The notes below the pieces were generated by a model. It did no database searches. It was not told where the DNA came from and worked only from the letters and a program-made list of their open reading frames with translations. A DNA stretch of 64,000 nucleotides from Minisyncoccota bacterium (GTDB taxonomy: Bacteria; Patescibacteriota; Minisyncoccia; Phycocordibacterales; UBA9973), in NCBI GenBank assembly GCA_025453495.1, contig JALOQM010000002.1, forward strand, positions 12,680-76,679, read 5' to 3'. Positions 1-9,539 of this stretch are shown here, in pieces; within the stretch, counting starts at the first letter, position 1; every line of letters begins with the position of its first letter. Position numbers and translations under genes: made by a program.

Positions 1-45
1 ACAATGAAAGCTTTTCGCTTTCAGATAGAGTAAAAGTACATAATC

Positions 46-129
46 GCGCAGGTGGCGAAATTGGTAGACGCACTACCTTGAGGTGGTAGCGCCCGCAAGG
101 GCATGGAAGTTCAAATCTTCTCCTGCGCA
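46..129 (+). tRNA. tRNA-Leu (GAG)
   Basis: GCGCAGG/CCTGCGC acceptor stem, D-loop TGGTAGAC, anticodon arm CTACC-TT-GAG-GT-GGTAG, long variable arm, T-loop GTTCAAATC; CCA not encoded. Confidence 0.95.
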
Positions 130-210
130 CAGGGATAACATTGTTTTATTGATTTTTATAGCAGTTTATAGTAGTATCCGAGGGTAATTAATTAGATATA
201 TTCCTAACAT

Positions 211-372
211 ATGGCATCACAAGACAGACTCATAAAGCTCGCCTGCACAGCCTGTAAACGCGTGACCCACTGGTCAAGCAAGAATAAAAAGCTCGTTACT
301 AGAAAAATTGAGCTCAAAAAGTACTGCAAATGGTGTAAGGGGCAGGAGCCACACAAAGAAACAAAAAAATAA
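211..372 (+). CDS. rpmG: 50S ribosomal protein L33 (Zn-binding type)
   Basis: Read manually, below the ORF track cut-off: MASQDRLIKLACTACKRVTHWSSKNKKLVTRKIELKKYCKWCKGQEPHKETKK, with CxxC...KNK...LKKYCxxC L33 signature. Confidence 0.95.
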   Translation: MASQDRLIKLACTACKRVTHWSSKNKKLVTRKIELKKYCKWCKGQEPHKETKK

Positions 373-407
373 AAAAGAAAATCCCACCAAGGGATTTTCT
401 TTTTTTA
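373..407. terminator. Bidirectional intrinsic terminator after rpmG
   Basis: AAAAAGAAAATCCC-ACCAA-GGGATTTTCTTTTT hairpin flanked by A and T runs. Confidence 0.75.
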
Positions 408-526
408 GCAGCAGAGTGAGATTACAAAACTAGAGTTTCTTGTGAATGAATGCAAGCTAGATCTAGCTATAAGACTTCGATTGCTGAAGTAGGTAATCCT
501 GTCCTTGCGGCCCTGTGCCTTACTCT

Positions 527-1241
527 TTAATCTCTTTCGACAAACCAAGGAGGATCAGAATGCCACTTTTTTTGTCCCCAGAAATATACTGTTGGCATAT
601 CGGGTAGCACAACTTGAAGTTTTAGATCAGAAAACGCATGGAATATATATCCTTTGAACTCATTTTCCAACATTGTCTTTTCAATATCACGCATCGCATA
701 ATATTTTTTGAGCTGCGATACGAGGAACATCTTTTTTGTTTCGGAGAAGTGCGCCCTGTTCAATTTTTCCTCGCTCTGTAATAGCATCCCACCACCCCTG
801 AGGTCTTTTCTGTATATCGTCAGCTATTCTCTCAAAACTGATTCCATATCTATTCCATAAGGTATCAAGGAAAATATATTTGAATCCGTATTGATTGAAT
901 AAGGGAATTATGCTTTCAATATATGAATCTATATATTCCTTTGGATACCCATTATTAATTCCATGCATATTGGCAAATACAAAAGTAAACTCTATGCCTG
1001 ATGTGTAGACAGTTTTAATCTCTTCATTTAATTTACTCAAAAAAACACAGGATGCTTCGTCTGCCTAGTTTCATTCTTCTTTAGGTCCTACACCCCAAAA
1101 GCCAACAAGACGGATAGGTCTTTTTTGTGACACAGTTTCTTCTATAAAGCCATGGATATTCTGGCTGAGATGAGGATTCCCGCGAGTATATTTTCGCTTG
1201 ATCAGAATCTTGTAAGTTTCATCTGGAATGTTAATAGACAT
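527..1241 (-). pseudogene. Disrupted ~235-aa gene, possibly distantly related to the PvcA/Dit1 isonitrile-synthase-like family
   Basis: ORFs 1071..1331, 687..1040 and 527..787 join into one frame: in-frame TGA (1071-1073) and TAG (1065-1067) in GPKEE*N*ADEASC, plus one extra A in an A6 run (704-709) at AAQK|YYAMR. The family guess from PIRLVGFWGVGPK is weak. Confidence 0.75.
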
Positions 1242-1290
1242 ATTTTTATAGATAATATAGGCACTTGAGTCATACGATACTTTATCTTCT

Positions 1291-1311
1291 TGGCGGGCGA
1301 TGAGAAAATCG
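1291..1311 (-). repeat. Duplicated 3' end of tRNA-Trp (att-like direct repeat)
   Basis: gcgggcgatgagaaaatcg (1293-1311) vs gcgggcgatgagggaatcg (1434-1452), 17/19 identical; the copy ends in CCA on the minus strand. Confidence 0.7.
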
Positions 1312-1434
1312 GTCAGGAGTTCTGCGTTCATCGTCGCTCACACATCCTCACGACCCTCGCTCGGTATCTCGCATTGCTATGCTCAATATACCTGCGCTTA
1401 TCGATTCCCTCGGACAAGCGATGCTTGTCCATTG

Positions 1435-1505
1435 CGGGCGATGAGGGAATCGAACCCCCGACATCGGTTTTGGAGACCGAAGTTATGCCACTTAACTAAT
1501 CGCCC
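1435..1505 (-). tRNA. tRNA-Trp (CCA)
   Basis: GGGCGAT/ATCGCCC acceptor stem, anticodon arm TCGGT-CT-CCA-AA-ACCGA, T-loop GGTTCGATTCC. Confidence 0.95.
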
Positions 1506-1585
1506 TTTTGTGCAAAAGTATACTACAATGTGCTATTTTTCAAAACTACTCTATCATTTCTAATCTATTCTATAATTCTAACGAA

Positions 1586-2500
1586 TTATAGAATAGTATG
1601 AGTAGGTTGTAGAAATTTTTTGATCATACGCAATACTTTTTTGCGTTCAGAAATTTTTCTTGGGTCGATCCAGATGATGTTTTTGTTTCTTTTGAACCAT
1701 GTTTCTTGGCGCTTTGCATACTGGAATATCTCATTTGTAAGCTGTTCGATCATTTCTGTTTTTGTAATACTGCCTTGGAGATACCGTGCTTGGTAGCGAT
1801 ACTCAAGTCCAAGTGCCTCCATGCGTTTGTAGGAAAGTCCATTTGTATGTAGTCGTTTCGCTTCGGCAAGCATACCAGCTTTTAATCGTTTCAAAAGACG
1901 TATTTGTATTTTTTGCTTGAGTATCTCGCGGGGAAGTGAAAAGCCAATCACAAGCGACTGCCATTTTTGCTCAGTTTTTATATAGGGCACTTTTCCAAGA
2001 TGCTTCACAATCTCGATTGCACGTATCAAGCGCACTGGATTGTTTTGATCAATTGTCAGTGCCCGTTTGGGATCATGTTTTTTGAGTATATTGAAAAGTT
2101 CGGCTGTTGAATATTTCTCGAGTGTATCACGGAGCTTTTTGTTCGGCGGAACTTCAGGATATTCTTTTCCAAAGACTACTGCATCGATATAGAAGCCTGT
2201 GCCACCGCAGAGAATCGGTACTTTTTTTCGCTTTAAAATATCTCTTATGCTTTTATCAGAAAGGCGAGTGAAGTCTGCCACAGTAAATTGCCGCTTTGGG
2301 TTTACGACGTCAAGCAGATGGTGTGGAACTTCGCGCATTTCCTTTTTTGTGATCTTGCCTGTGCCGATAGCAAGTCCTTTGTATACTTGACGTGAGTCAG
2401 CAGAAATGATTTCACCATCAATCGCTCGAGCGACTTCGACTGCAAAATCACTTTTCCCAGTTGCCGTCTGTCCAACGATAGCGATGAGTTTTTGAGTCAT
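1586..2500 (-). CDS. miaA: tRNA dimethylallyltransferase
   Basis: GQTATGKS P-loop, ISADSRQVY, PHHLLD, CGGTGFY, YAKRQETWF. Confidence 0.97.
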   Translation of the reverse strand: MTQKLIAIVGQTATGKSDFAVEVARAIDGEIISADSRQVYKGLAIGTGKITKKEMREVPHHLLDVVNPKRQFTVADFTRLSDKSIRDILKRKKVPILCGGTGFYIDAVVFGKEYPEVPPNKKLRDTLEKYSTAELFNILKKHDPKRALTIDQNNPVRLIRAIEIVKHLGKVPYIKTEQKWQSLVIGFSLPREILKQKIQIRLLKRLKAGMLAEAKRLHTNGLSYKRMEALGLEYRYQARYLQGSITKTEMIEQLTNEIFQYAKRQETWFKRNKNIIWIDPRKISERKKVLRMIKKFLQPTHTIL

Positions 2501-4023
2501 TAGCGTTCGGTTAGTACAGTAATGTCTGCACCGACCTCATTTAGGCGCTCAGTGATATTTTCAAATCCACGGTTGATCATATAGACATTGCGGAGGATCG
2601 ATGTACCTGGAGCAGCAAGCATGGCAATCATGATGACGACAGAAGGGCGAAGTGCTGGCGGACAGACGATCTGCGCGGCTTTTAGTGGTGTACCACCATC
2701 AATATATAAACGATGGGGGTCAGCGAGTGTGATATGTGCGCCAAGGCGGTTGAGTTCTGTCAGATAAATTGCTCGGTTCTCATAGACCCAATCATGAATA
2801 AGTGTTTGCCCTTTTGCTTTTATTGCTGGAATAACAAAATAAGGCAGATTATCCATATTTACTCCAGGATAGGGATTGGAATGGATTTTGTCATCGAGTG
2901 CAACGAGTTTTGATGGATAGATGGTTACATTGGTAAGATTAGTGCGACCATTTGCACTTGTATACTGTTTGCCGATTTTGTACTTGAGTCCCATCTTTCC
3001 GAGTTTATAGAGTTCAAGTGTAAGAAAGTCGATAGGCACATGACTTATGGTGAGTGTCGAATCAGTCGCAATTGCAGCTGCGATAAATGTCATTGATTCG
3101 ATAGGATCCTCACTATTGTGATACTCAATGGTTGTATTAATATCTGCGACGCCATGTACGATGAGCGTCGAGGTACCGATGCCATCGATTTGTACTCCAC
3201 ATTTCTCAAGAAAGAAACACATTTCTTGTACCATGTAGTTTGCGCTGGTGAATTGTATAGTTGTCGTGCCCGGGATCTTTGCGGCAGCCATAAGGACATT
3301 TTCTGCTGCTGTGTCTCCAGCTTCATACATGATGACAGTATTTGCTATTTTTCGTGGCGCGGTTATAAGGTAGTTGTGTTGAGTTACCTCAATTTTAATA
3401 CCGAGTTCTTCAAGTCCGTATTGATGTGCAGCGATAGTGCGCTTGCCGAGATGACAGCCCTGCGCGTGAGGGATTGAGAGCGAAGGGAGGAGGTGGATGA
3501 GTGGACCGATCGTCATGAGAATTGATCGTGTCTTTATAGCAGCTTCGGCATCAAGCTTTTTGAGATTTGGTTTTTTGGGTGGTGTTATCTCTACGGTATT
3601 TTTCTCGATCCATTTTATTGTTGTACCGATTGATTCGAGGATTTCAATAACACGATAGACTTCCTCAATGCGTGCAATGCCGTGGAGGATGGTTTTACCG
3701 CGATTGAGGAGTGCGGCGCACAAGAGTCCTACTGAGCCGTTTTTTGAGTAATTGGTACGGATAGTGCCAGAGAGTTTGCGTCCGCCACGGATTTCAAAGT
3801 CAATTGAACTATTGATCGCTACTACTTTGTGATCAAGAATTTTCGATATTTTTTCAAGGGCACCAGTAGTGAAATTTTGTTCGCCTTTTTCCATTCGTGC
3901 TACTGCGCTTTGTGAAGTACCAAGTGCTTGGGCAAAAGCGCCTTGTGTAATACCGCGTGACTCACGAAGTGTTCTTATGAAACTACCAATTTTTTGTTGT
4001 TCAGAAGATTGTTTCTTTTTCAT
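2500..4023 (-). CDS. murA: UDP-N-acetylglucosamine 1-carboxyvinyltransferase with N-terminal XRE-family HTH
   Basis: N-terminus IRTLRESRGITQGAFAQALGTSQSAVARMEKG (XRE HTH); MurA core SKNG, GCHLGKR (catalytic Cys loop), PYPG, YENR, RGFENI. Confidence 0.92.
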   Translation of the reverse strand: MKKKQSSEQQKIGSFIRTLRESRGITQGAFAQALGTSQSAVARMEKGEQNFTTGALEKISKILDHKVVAINSSIDFEIRGGRKLSGTIRTNYSKNGSVGLLCAALLNRGKTILHGIARIEEVYRVIEILESIGTTIKWIEKNTVEITPPKKPNLKKLDAEAAIKTRSILMTIGPLIHLLPSLSIPHAQGCHLGKRTIAAHQYGLEELGIKIEVTQHNYLITAPRKIANTVIMYEAGDTAAENVLMAAAKIPGTTTIQFTSANYMVQEMCFFLEKCGVQIDGIGTSTLIVHGVADINTTIEYHNSEDPIESMTFIAAAIATDSTLTISHVPIDFLTLELYKLGKMGLKYKIGKQYTSANGRTNLTNVTIYPSKLVALDDKIHSNPYPGVNMDNLPYFVIPAIKAKGQTLIHDWVYENRAIYLTELNRLGAHITLADPHRLYIDGGTPLKAAQIVCPPALRPSVVIMIAMLAAPGTSILRNVYMINRGFENITERLNEVGADITVLTER

Positions 4024-4104
4024 TGAAAGTAGAATAGTACTTATAATTTTTTTCGCTTCACTACACTTTGAGCAAGCAAGACCGCATGCAACTCATATAT
4101 TTGC

Positions 4105-4126
4105 AGTATATCATATATGATATACT
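4105..4126. promoter_or_regulatory. Perfect 22-bp palindrome (candidate operator) overlapping the murB -10 box
   Basis: AGTATATCATATATGATATACT is its own reverse complement and lies between divergent HTH-murA and murB. Confidence 0.7.
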
Positions 4127-4132
4127 TTTTGC

Positions 4133-5158
4133 ATGCTGGAAAAAGAAGAAAACGCTCTAATTGGATCGCACACGAGCTTTGGTGTTGGGGGACGGGTCGC
4201 TTACTTGGTGCGGATCAAAACTGAAGCTGCTATTCCAAGGGCGATTGCACTTGCAAAACAAGAAGGACTCCCGCTCTATTATCTTGGCCAAGGGTCAAAT
4301 ACGTTATTTGGTGATGGGCTTGTCGCTGCAGTAGTACTCAAGATTGAAATTTCTGGCTTTACTGTAGCTTCAGAGACTGATGTGTATGCAGACATTTTGA
4401 TCGGTGCGGGTGAGAATTGGGATAGCGTTGTCAAACAAGCGATTGACCGTGGACTCTCTGGGATTGAAGCAATGTCAGCAATACCTGGGACGTCGGGAGC
4501 AACTCCATTTCAAAATGTAGGTGCCTACGGTCAAGAGATCAAAGATACACTTATTTCTGTACGCGCATATGATACTAAGACAGAGGCGTTTGTCAGTCTT
4601 TCAAATGCTGAATGCAAATTCGGCTATCGTGACAGCGTATTTAGAAGTGGTGAAAAAAACAGATATGTGATTACCTCGATTACACTCAGACTCTCAAAGA
4701 AACCACCATGTGTGCCTGAGTATCCAGGTGTACAAAATTATTTTGCCGAAAAGGGAATAGCTGTGCCGACACTGCATGACATACGAGAAGCGATTATTGC
4801 TATCAGAAGTACGAAGTTACCAGATCCGAAGCGTATACGTAATGCTGGTTCGTTTTTCAAAAATCCAATAGTTTCTACTATGACGGTTATTGCACTCAAG
4901 CAATCATATCCTGATATCGTTAGTCACCCGACAGCAGACGGAATGATGAAACTCTCCGCAGGGTGGCTTATCGAACGTGCGGGCCTCAAAGGGTGCTCAT
5001 TTGGTACTGTTGGGATATACGAGAAAAATGCGCTTGTGCTTATAAACAAAGGAGATGCAACATTTGCAGATGTTATGGCAGCAAAAGAATATGTCATAGA
5101 GAAGGTAAAAGATTCTTTTGGTATTGAACTTGAACCTGAGCCGATTTGTATACAGTAA
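4133..5158 (+). CDS. murB: UDP-N-acetylmuramate dehydrogenase
   Basis: HTSFGVGG, LGQGSNTL, IPGTSGA, QNVGAYG, FGYRDS, AGSFFKNP, NALVLIN, LEPEP. Confidence 0.96.
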   Translation: MLEKEENALIGSHTSFGVGGRVAYLVRIKTEAAIPRAIALAKQEGLPLYYLGQGSNTLFGDGLVAAVVLKIEISGFTVASETDVYADILIGAGENWDSVVKQAIDRGLSGIEAMSAIPGTSGATPFQNVGAYGQEIKDTLISVRAYDTKTEAFVSLSNAECKFGYRDSVFRSGEKNRYVITSITLRLSKKPPCVPEYPGVQNYFAEKGIAVPTLHDIREAIIAIRSTKLPDPKRIRNAGSFFKNPIVSTMTVIALKQSYPDIVSHPTADGMMKLSAGWLIERAGLKGCSFGTVGIYEKNALVLINKGDATFADVMAAKEYVIEKVKDSFGIELEPEPICIQ

Positions 5159-5265
5159 GATAGTTCTTTGAAATAGAGTGATTTCAGGACATTGGATGAG
5201 TATACGAGAATATTGACTTTTATACTATAATATGATATAAAGTAGTCAGAACAAACTAAAAACCA

Positions 5266-5529
5266 ATGGTCTTTAAAATCCTCTTTTCTTTTGCCATAAC
5301 TATCGCTTTTATGTGGGCGATAGTGCGCGCTATCACTAAAATTATGGGTCTCAAAAAGTTGGATGATTGGTATGTCCGAAAATCAAAAGACATACTAAAA
5401 TTCATTTGGAAACACCTTTTCAAAGTACCAGCCATCTATTTATGGAAGCATTACAAGAAAGAAGTTCTCAGCTTCTTCGGTGGTGTTGTGATTACACTCA
5501 TAGTATTACACCAATGCGGTCTTATCTGA
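5266..5529 (+). CDS. Small hypothetical membrane protein
   Basis: 87-aa ORF with two hydrophobic segments and its own TTGACT-17-TATAAA promoter at 5214-5242. Confidence 0.7.
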   Translation: MVFKILFSFAITIAFMWAIVRAITKIMGLKKLDDWYVRKSKDILKFIWKHLFKVPAIYLWKHYKKEVLSFFGGVVITLIVLHQCGLI

Positions 5530-5555
5530 GTAGATAGGATCGCATTTCGTTTTTG

Positions 5556-5637
5556 TGCCCGAGGTGGGAATCGAACCCACACATCTTTCGATACACGATT
5601 TTGAGTCGTGCGCGTCTACCAATTCCGCCACTCGGGC
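5556..5637 (-). tRNA. tRNA-Leu (CAA)
   Basis: GCCCGAG/CTCGGGC acceptor stem, anticodon arm CACGA-CT-CAA-AA-TCGTG, variable arm, GGTTCGATTCC. Confidence 0.95.
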
Positions 5638-5795
5638 ATGTTATATATTTTTAAAAAATCTTTACCAATTCGCGCGACCGCTATCAGATAGGCGCAACTC
5701 GAACACGGAAAATCAAATAACTCACTGAGTATAGTGCACTTTTTTACATGAAGCAAACTTGTGCTACAATGCTCCTATATTTTTATTTACATACC

Positions 5796-6785
5796 ATGTC
5801 TCAACTTTACAGCGATTCAATATTTTGGATAGAAACAGAAAAAATTAAGCCAAACCCGTATCAGCCGCGTCGTGAATTTGACGAGCGTGCACTTCGTGAT
5901 CTTGCGGATTCCATCCGTCAGTACGGTATTCTCCAGCCGTTGACTGTCTCTCGTATTGAAATCGAAAAGCCCGAAGGTGGTCTTGCAGTTGAATACGAAC
6001 TCATTGCTGGTGAACGTCGCCTGCGTGCTTCAAAGATCGCTGGGCTTGCACAAGTGCCTGTTGTTATCCGTGTCGGAGATGATTCGATGGCGAAGCTTGA
6101 GCTTGCGATCATCGAAAATCTACAGCGTGAAGATCTCAATGCTGTTGATCGTGCCCGGGCTTTTATGCGTTTTGTCGATGAATTTAGTTTCACTCATGCA
6201 CAGATCGGAGTGAAGGTGGGGAAGAGTCGTGAATATGTCTCAAATACACTCCGACTTCTCACGCTTCCAGAAGAGATATTGCAAGCGCTCTCAGAAGGGA
6301 AAATCAGCGAAGGACATACACGACCGATCATGATGCTCAATGATCGTCCAGAAGAGCAAATGACACTTTTTAAAGAAGTACTCTTCAAGAAGATCACTGT
6401 ACGTGAAGCAGAACGGATTGCACGACATATTGCACATGACAAGATACGCAAGCGTGAACTTGCTCCTGATCCTGAGATTATCCAAATTGAAGGCGTTCTC
6501 AAAGAAAAACTAGGAACACGAGTAAATATTGAGCGCAAAGAGACTGGAGGACACATCACTATTCACTTCTTCGACAATGACGAACTCAAGCACATCATTG
6601 ATATGCTACAAGCAAAGCAGAGTGAGATAGCAGCACAAACCGAAGCTATTACTCCAGAGACTGCTGCTCCAGAAGTGCTTCAAGAGGATAATGCACCAAT
6701 TGATGATCGTTCACCAGAAGAGATCAAGCAGGAAGAAGATATAGATGACGCTGATCTGTATAACATCAAGAATTTCTCTCTCTAG
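5796..6785 (+). CDS. parB: ParB/Spo0J chromosome partitioning protein
   Basis: PNPYQPRREF, GILQPL, LIAGERRLRA, IENLQREDL, HTH; start moved to ATG 5796; acidic C-terminal tail. Confidence 0.95.
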   Translation: MSQLYSDSIFWIETEKIKPNPYQPRREFDERALRDLADSIRQYGILQPLTVSRIEIEKPEGGLAVEYELIAGERRLRASKIAGLAQVPVVIRVGDDSMAKLELAIIENLQREDLNAVDRARAFMRFVDEFSFTHAQIGVKVGKSREYVSNTLRLLTLPEEILQALSEGKISEGHTRPIMMLNDRPEEQMTLFKEVLFKKITVREAERIARHIAHDKIRKRELAPDPEIIQIEGVLKEKLGTRVNIERKETGGHITIHFFDNDELKHIIDMLQAKQSEIAAQTEAITPETAAPEVLQEDNAPIDDRSPEEIKQEEDIDDADLYNIKNFSL

Positions 6786-6819
6786 GTTTTGCCCATATCT
6801 CAAATAAGGTCAATTGCAA

Positions 6820-6853
6820 TAAAAAACTACCAGTATATATTGGTGGTTTTTTT
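6820..6853. terminator. Intrinsic terminator after parB
   Basis: AAAAAACTACCAGTA-TA-TATTGGTGGTTTTTTT hairpin. Confidence 0.65.
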
Positions 6854-6969
6854 GCTGGACTTTTAATACTTTTTGTGTTACTATATATTTAGTTGTATCA
6901 CTGTTCTTTCCAAACATGTCGATTTATTTGATACACATAATTCGACAATCAAACCAAAAACAATATCAT

Positions 6970-8547
6970 ATGAATCCAATCCCGATATTCCAGTCGACTT
7001 CCGCGTTTACCAGGAAGTACCAGAATTACTTTAAAATTATTCTGCTGTTTGCAGTTGCAATTGCAATCAACGCAGCGAGTGTTTATGTTTTTCAGTACCT
7101 CTTATGGAGAGGGGAAGCCGACCCTGATGCAAAAGCAACCGGGACAACTCTCTGGGTAATGTCACTCATACTGTTTTTCGGGTGGGCATGCCTTGAGCTT
7201 ACTAAGATATCAAAGAATCAGCCAAAAGGAAACATTTTTCCATCCTTTGCACTCCAACTTCTCCTAAGTATTATTCTGCATGATGCACTTTCTCCACTTT
7301 CGTTTGAATTACGGACAATGGTGGTCACCTGCACAATTCTCGGTTCAGTAATTTTGAAATTTGGCGGTGACGAAGTAGAACGGACATTATTTCGAAAAAT
7401 TGCTCTGCCTACTATCTTTATTGCAGTTGTCGGATATATTGTCATGTTCAGTAGTACACTAGGAATACTGTTTGGTCTCAATTACTTCTTTCCTGGTTTT
7501 ATAGATCCAACAACAGCAGTATTGTTTTCAGCGCTTATGGGATCCACAGATCCTGCAGCGCTGATGTCGACCCTCACTGGAGTGCCTTTTAAAGAAAGAC
7601 ACAAAAAGCTTGTTGGGGTTAGTGTTGCTGAATCTGCAATTAACGATGCAGTCTGTGCAATTTTTGTGACAGTACTGATAGATATGGCGGTAAAAGGCTA
7701 TGCTGTAGATACTTTTGCAAGTATTTTTTCAGGACTTGCAGAAGTTCATAATCTCGTGCATTTTGGTCTTGAAGTTTCTGTCGGGGTTTTGGCTGGTCTT
7801 GTTGGTTGGGCTTGTATGTGGCTATACGAACGTCATAAGTTTATTCACAATGAGACAAATTTTGACCTCATGATTCCACTTGCTGTTCCATTGTTCACAT
7901 ATCTATTGTCGTGGATATTTTTTGGAAATGGTTTTCTTGCTGCATTTGTTGCTGGCTTGATGGCCAACTATAATCACAACAATCATGGTAAGGAAAAAGA
8001 TCAAAGAAAAAGTGATCAAAAGAAACCGATTTTCGACCACACCCTCAAGGTTATGGATACGAAGATTGAATCAATTGCAAAACCTGTCATCTTCATGATG
8101 GCTGGCCCGTTAATTTCGTTAGGAGATTTGGCAAATACAGCAGGCACAGGATTTGTGATTTCACTTCTCTTTATCTTAGTAGCTCGCCCGCTTGCAGTTT
8201 TTTCATCACTACTGCTTGCGAATGGAGCAACTTATGTGTTGTCGAGAATATTTCCATCACGAGAATATTCTATGATTTCATGGCGTGAAATGTTGTTCAT
8301 GTGTGTTGTTGGAGAGCGAGGTGTTATCCCGATCATTCTAACAGTTGTGACTCTGGCAAAATTACCTCATCTTACAACATTGTTGCCATTTGTCGCTTGG
8401 GTCGTGATCTGGACGCTGACGCTACTTCCTGCTATCACTCCGTGGTGGGCAAGAAAACTTGACCTAACGGAAACAGTCGGAAAGGAGGAAAAGAATGGAG
8501 AAGAGCACAATCATTCACTGGGTGCGGAAGCTTCTGTGCATGTTTAA
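6970..8547 (+). CDS. Cation:proton antiporter (CPA1/NhaP-like)
   Basis: Many TM helices; GSTDPAA, ESAINDA, GNGFLAAFVAG, ARP and GERG motifs of CPA1; start could be 6916 or 6970. Confidence 0.85.
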   Translation: MNPIPIFQSTSAFTRKYQNYFKIILLFAVAIAINAASVYVFQYLLWRGEADPDAKATGTTLWVMSLILFFGWACLELTKISKNQPKGNIFPSFALQLLLSIILHDALSPLSFELRTMVVTCTILGSVILKFGGDEVERTLFRKIALPTIFIAVVGYIVMFSSTLGILFGLNYFFPGFIDPTTAVLFSALMGSTDPAALMSTLTGVPFKERHKKLVGVSVAESAINDAVCAIFVTVLIDMAVKGYAVDTFASIFSGLAEVHNLVHFGLEVSVGVLAGLVGWACMWLYERHKFIHNETNFDLMIPLAVPLFTYLLSWIFFGNGFLAAFVAGLMANYNHNNHGKEKDQRKSDQKKPIFDHTLKVMDTKIESIAKPVIFMMAGPLISLGDLANTAGTGFVISLLFILVARPLAVFSSLLLANGATYVLSRIFPSREYSMISWREMLFMCVVGERGVIPIILTVVTLAKLPHLTTLLPFVAWVVIWTLTLLPAITPWWARKLDLTETVGKEEKNGEEHNHSLGAEASVHV

Positions 8548-8653
8548 TAAATATCTATCAGATCACAGGAACTTTTCTTTCAGACTCGGTTCTCACTTCC
8601 GAAGTACAGAATGGCTTGACAATAAAACAAAAGAAGGCAATTAATGTACATTA

Positions 8654-8690
8654 AAAATCCCCGCATAGAGCGGGGATTTCTTTTTTTTTG
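8654..8690. terminator. Bidirectional terminator between convergent antiporter and DsbA genes
   Basis: AAATCCCCGC-ATAGA-GCGGGGATTT followed by a T run. Confidence 0.75.
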
Positions 8691-8691
8691 C

Positions 8692-9507
8692 TTATCTAAT
8701 ACCAGCTGACCGGATCGTTTTTTCCATGTCAGTATAGTTGTAGGCACCAGCGTACAGTGTCTCATTGAGATAAAATCCTGGCGTACCTTGCGCATTTAAA
8801 CTTACTGCAATCTCTTTGTCGATAGCAAGTTGTCCATCGTAGCTCCCACCCGCTAGGCATGTCTTGAGCAGGGTGGTGTCGACAGCTCCAGAGAGAAATT
8901 CGACAAATTCTCCTGATCTTGCAGTATCATTTTTGACACTTTCGATAAGAGTAAAGCCAGTATTGCTCATGATACGATCGTGTGCTTCCCAAAATTTCCC
9001 TTGCTCGTGTGCACAGTAGAGTGCTTTCATCGCAACTTCACCGGTCCCATGACCTGGATAGTAGACATAGGCAAATGCTATTTCTCCTTTATCAAGTAAA
9101 TTTTTGAATTCTGGTACTGGTGCTACATACGTGCCACCATCAGCAACAAGTGTAAATCTTGGTCCTGCCATTTTATTGAGTTCACTGTTTTTTCCACCTG
9201 CAACTTGGCAGTACGGGCAGCTCGGATCAGCGATTTCAATGACCGTAAGTTTTGCATCTGGATTGCCGAAGCGAATCGTGCTCTTTGCAAATGCGTCTTT
9301 GACCGCAGCAAGCGATACTTTTTGACCCGCTGGAGCTGCTTGTGGTTGTGCTGGCTGCTTTGTCGTCCCGCCAGTCTCTGTCTGAAATGCCGCATAGCCG
9401 AAAGTAAGCACTGCGACGACAAGTGCAATTGAGGCGAGCATCTTTGCTGCATCAGCCTTTTTAATAGCTTCTTCAAGAGAAGCTGGTTCTGTTTGTTTTT
9501 GTTCCAT
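8692..9507 (-). CDS. Membrane-anchored DsbA/thioredoxin-fold protein
   Basis: GNPDAKLTVIEIADPSCPYC, AHEQGKFWE, GTPGFYLN; N-terminal TM anchor. Confidence 0.88.
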   Translation of the reverse strand: MEQKQTEPASLEEAIKKADAAKMLASIALVVAVLTFGYAAFQTETGGTTKQPAQPQAAPAGQKVSLAAVKDAFAKSTIRFGNPDAKLTVIEIADPSCPYCQVAGGKNSELNKMAGPRFTLVADGGTYVAPVPEFKNLLDKGEIAFAYVYYPGHGTGEVAMKALYCAHEQGKFWEAHDRIMSNTGFTLIESVKNDTARSGEFVEFLSGAVDTTLLKTCLAGGSYDGQLAIDKEIAVSLNAQGTPGFYLNETLYAGAYNYTDMEKTIRSAGIR

Positions 9508-9539
9508 ACACTCTATCGTAGACACAGAGCGTGATAGAG

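Noticed and set aside
1065-1073. Stop-codon reassignment (code 25, TGA=Gly) to explain the in-frame TGA
   Set aside because: relA, dprA and PBP2 end properly at TGA, and the same gene also has a TAG and a frameshift.
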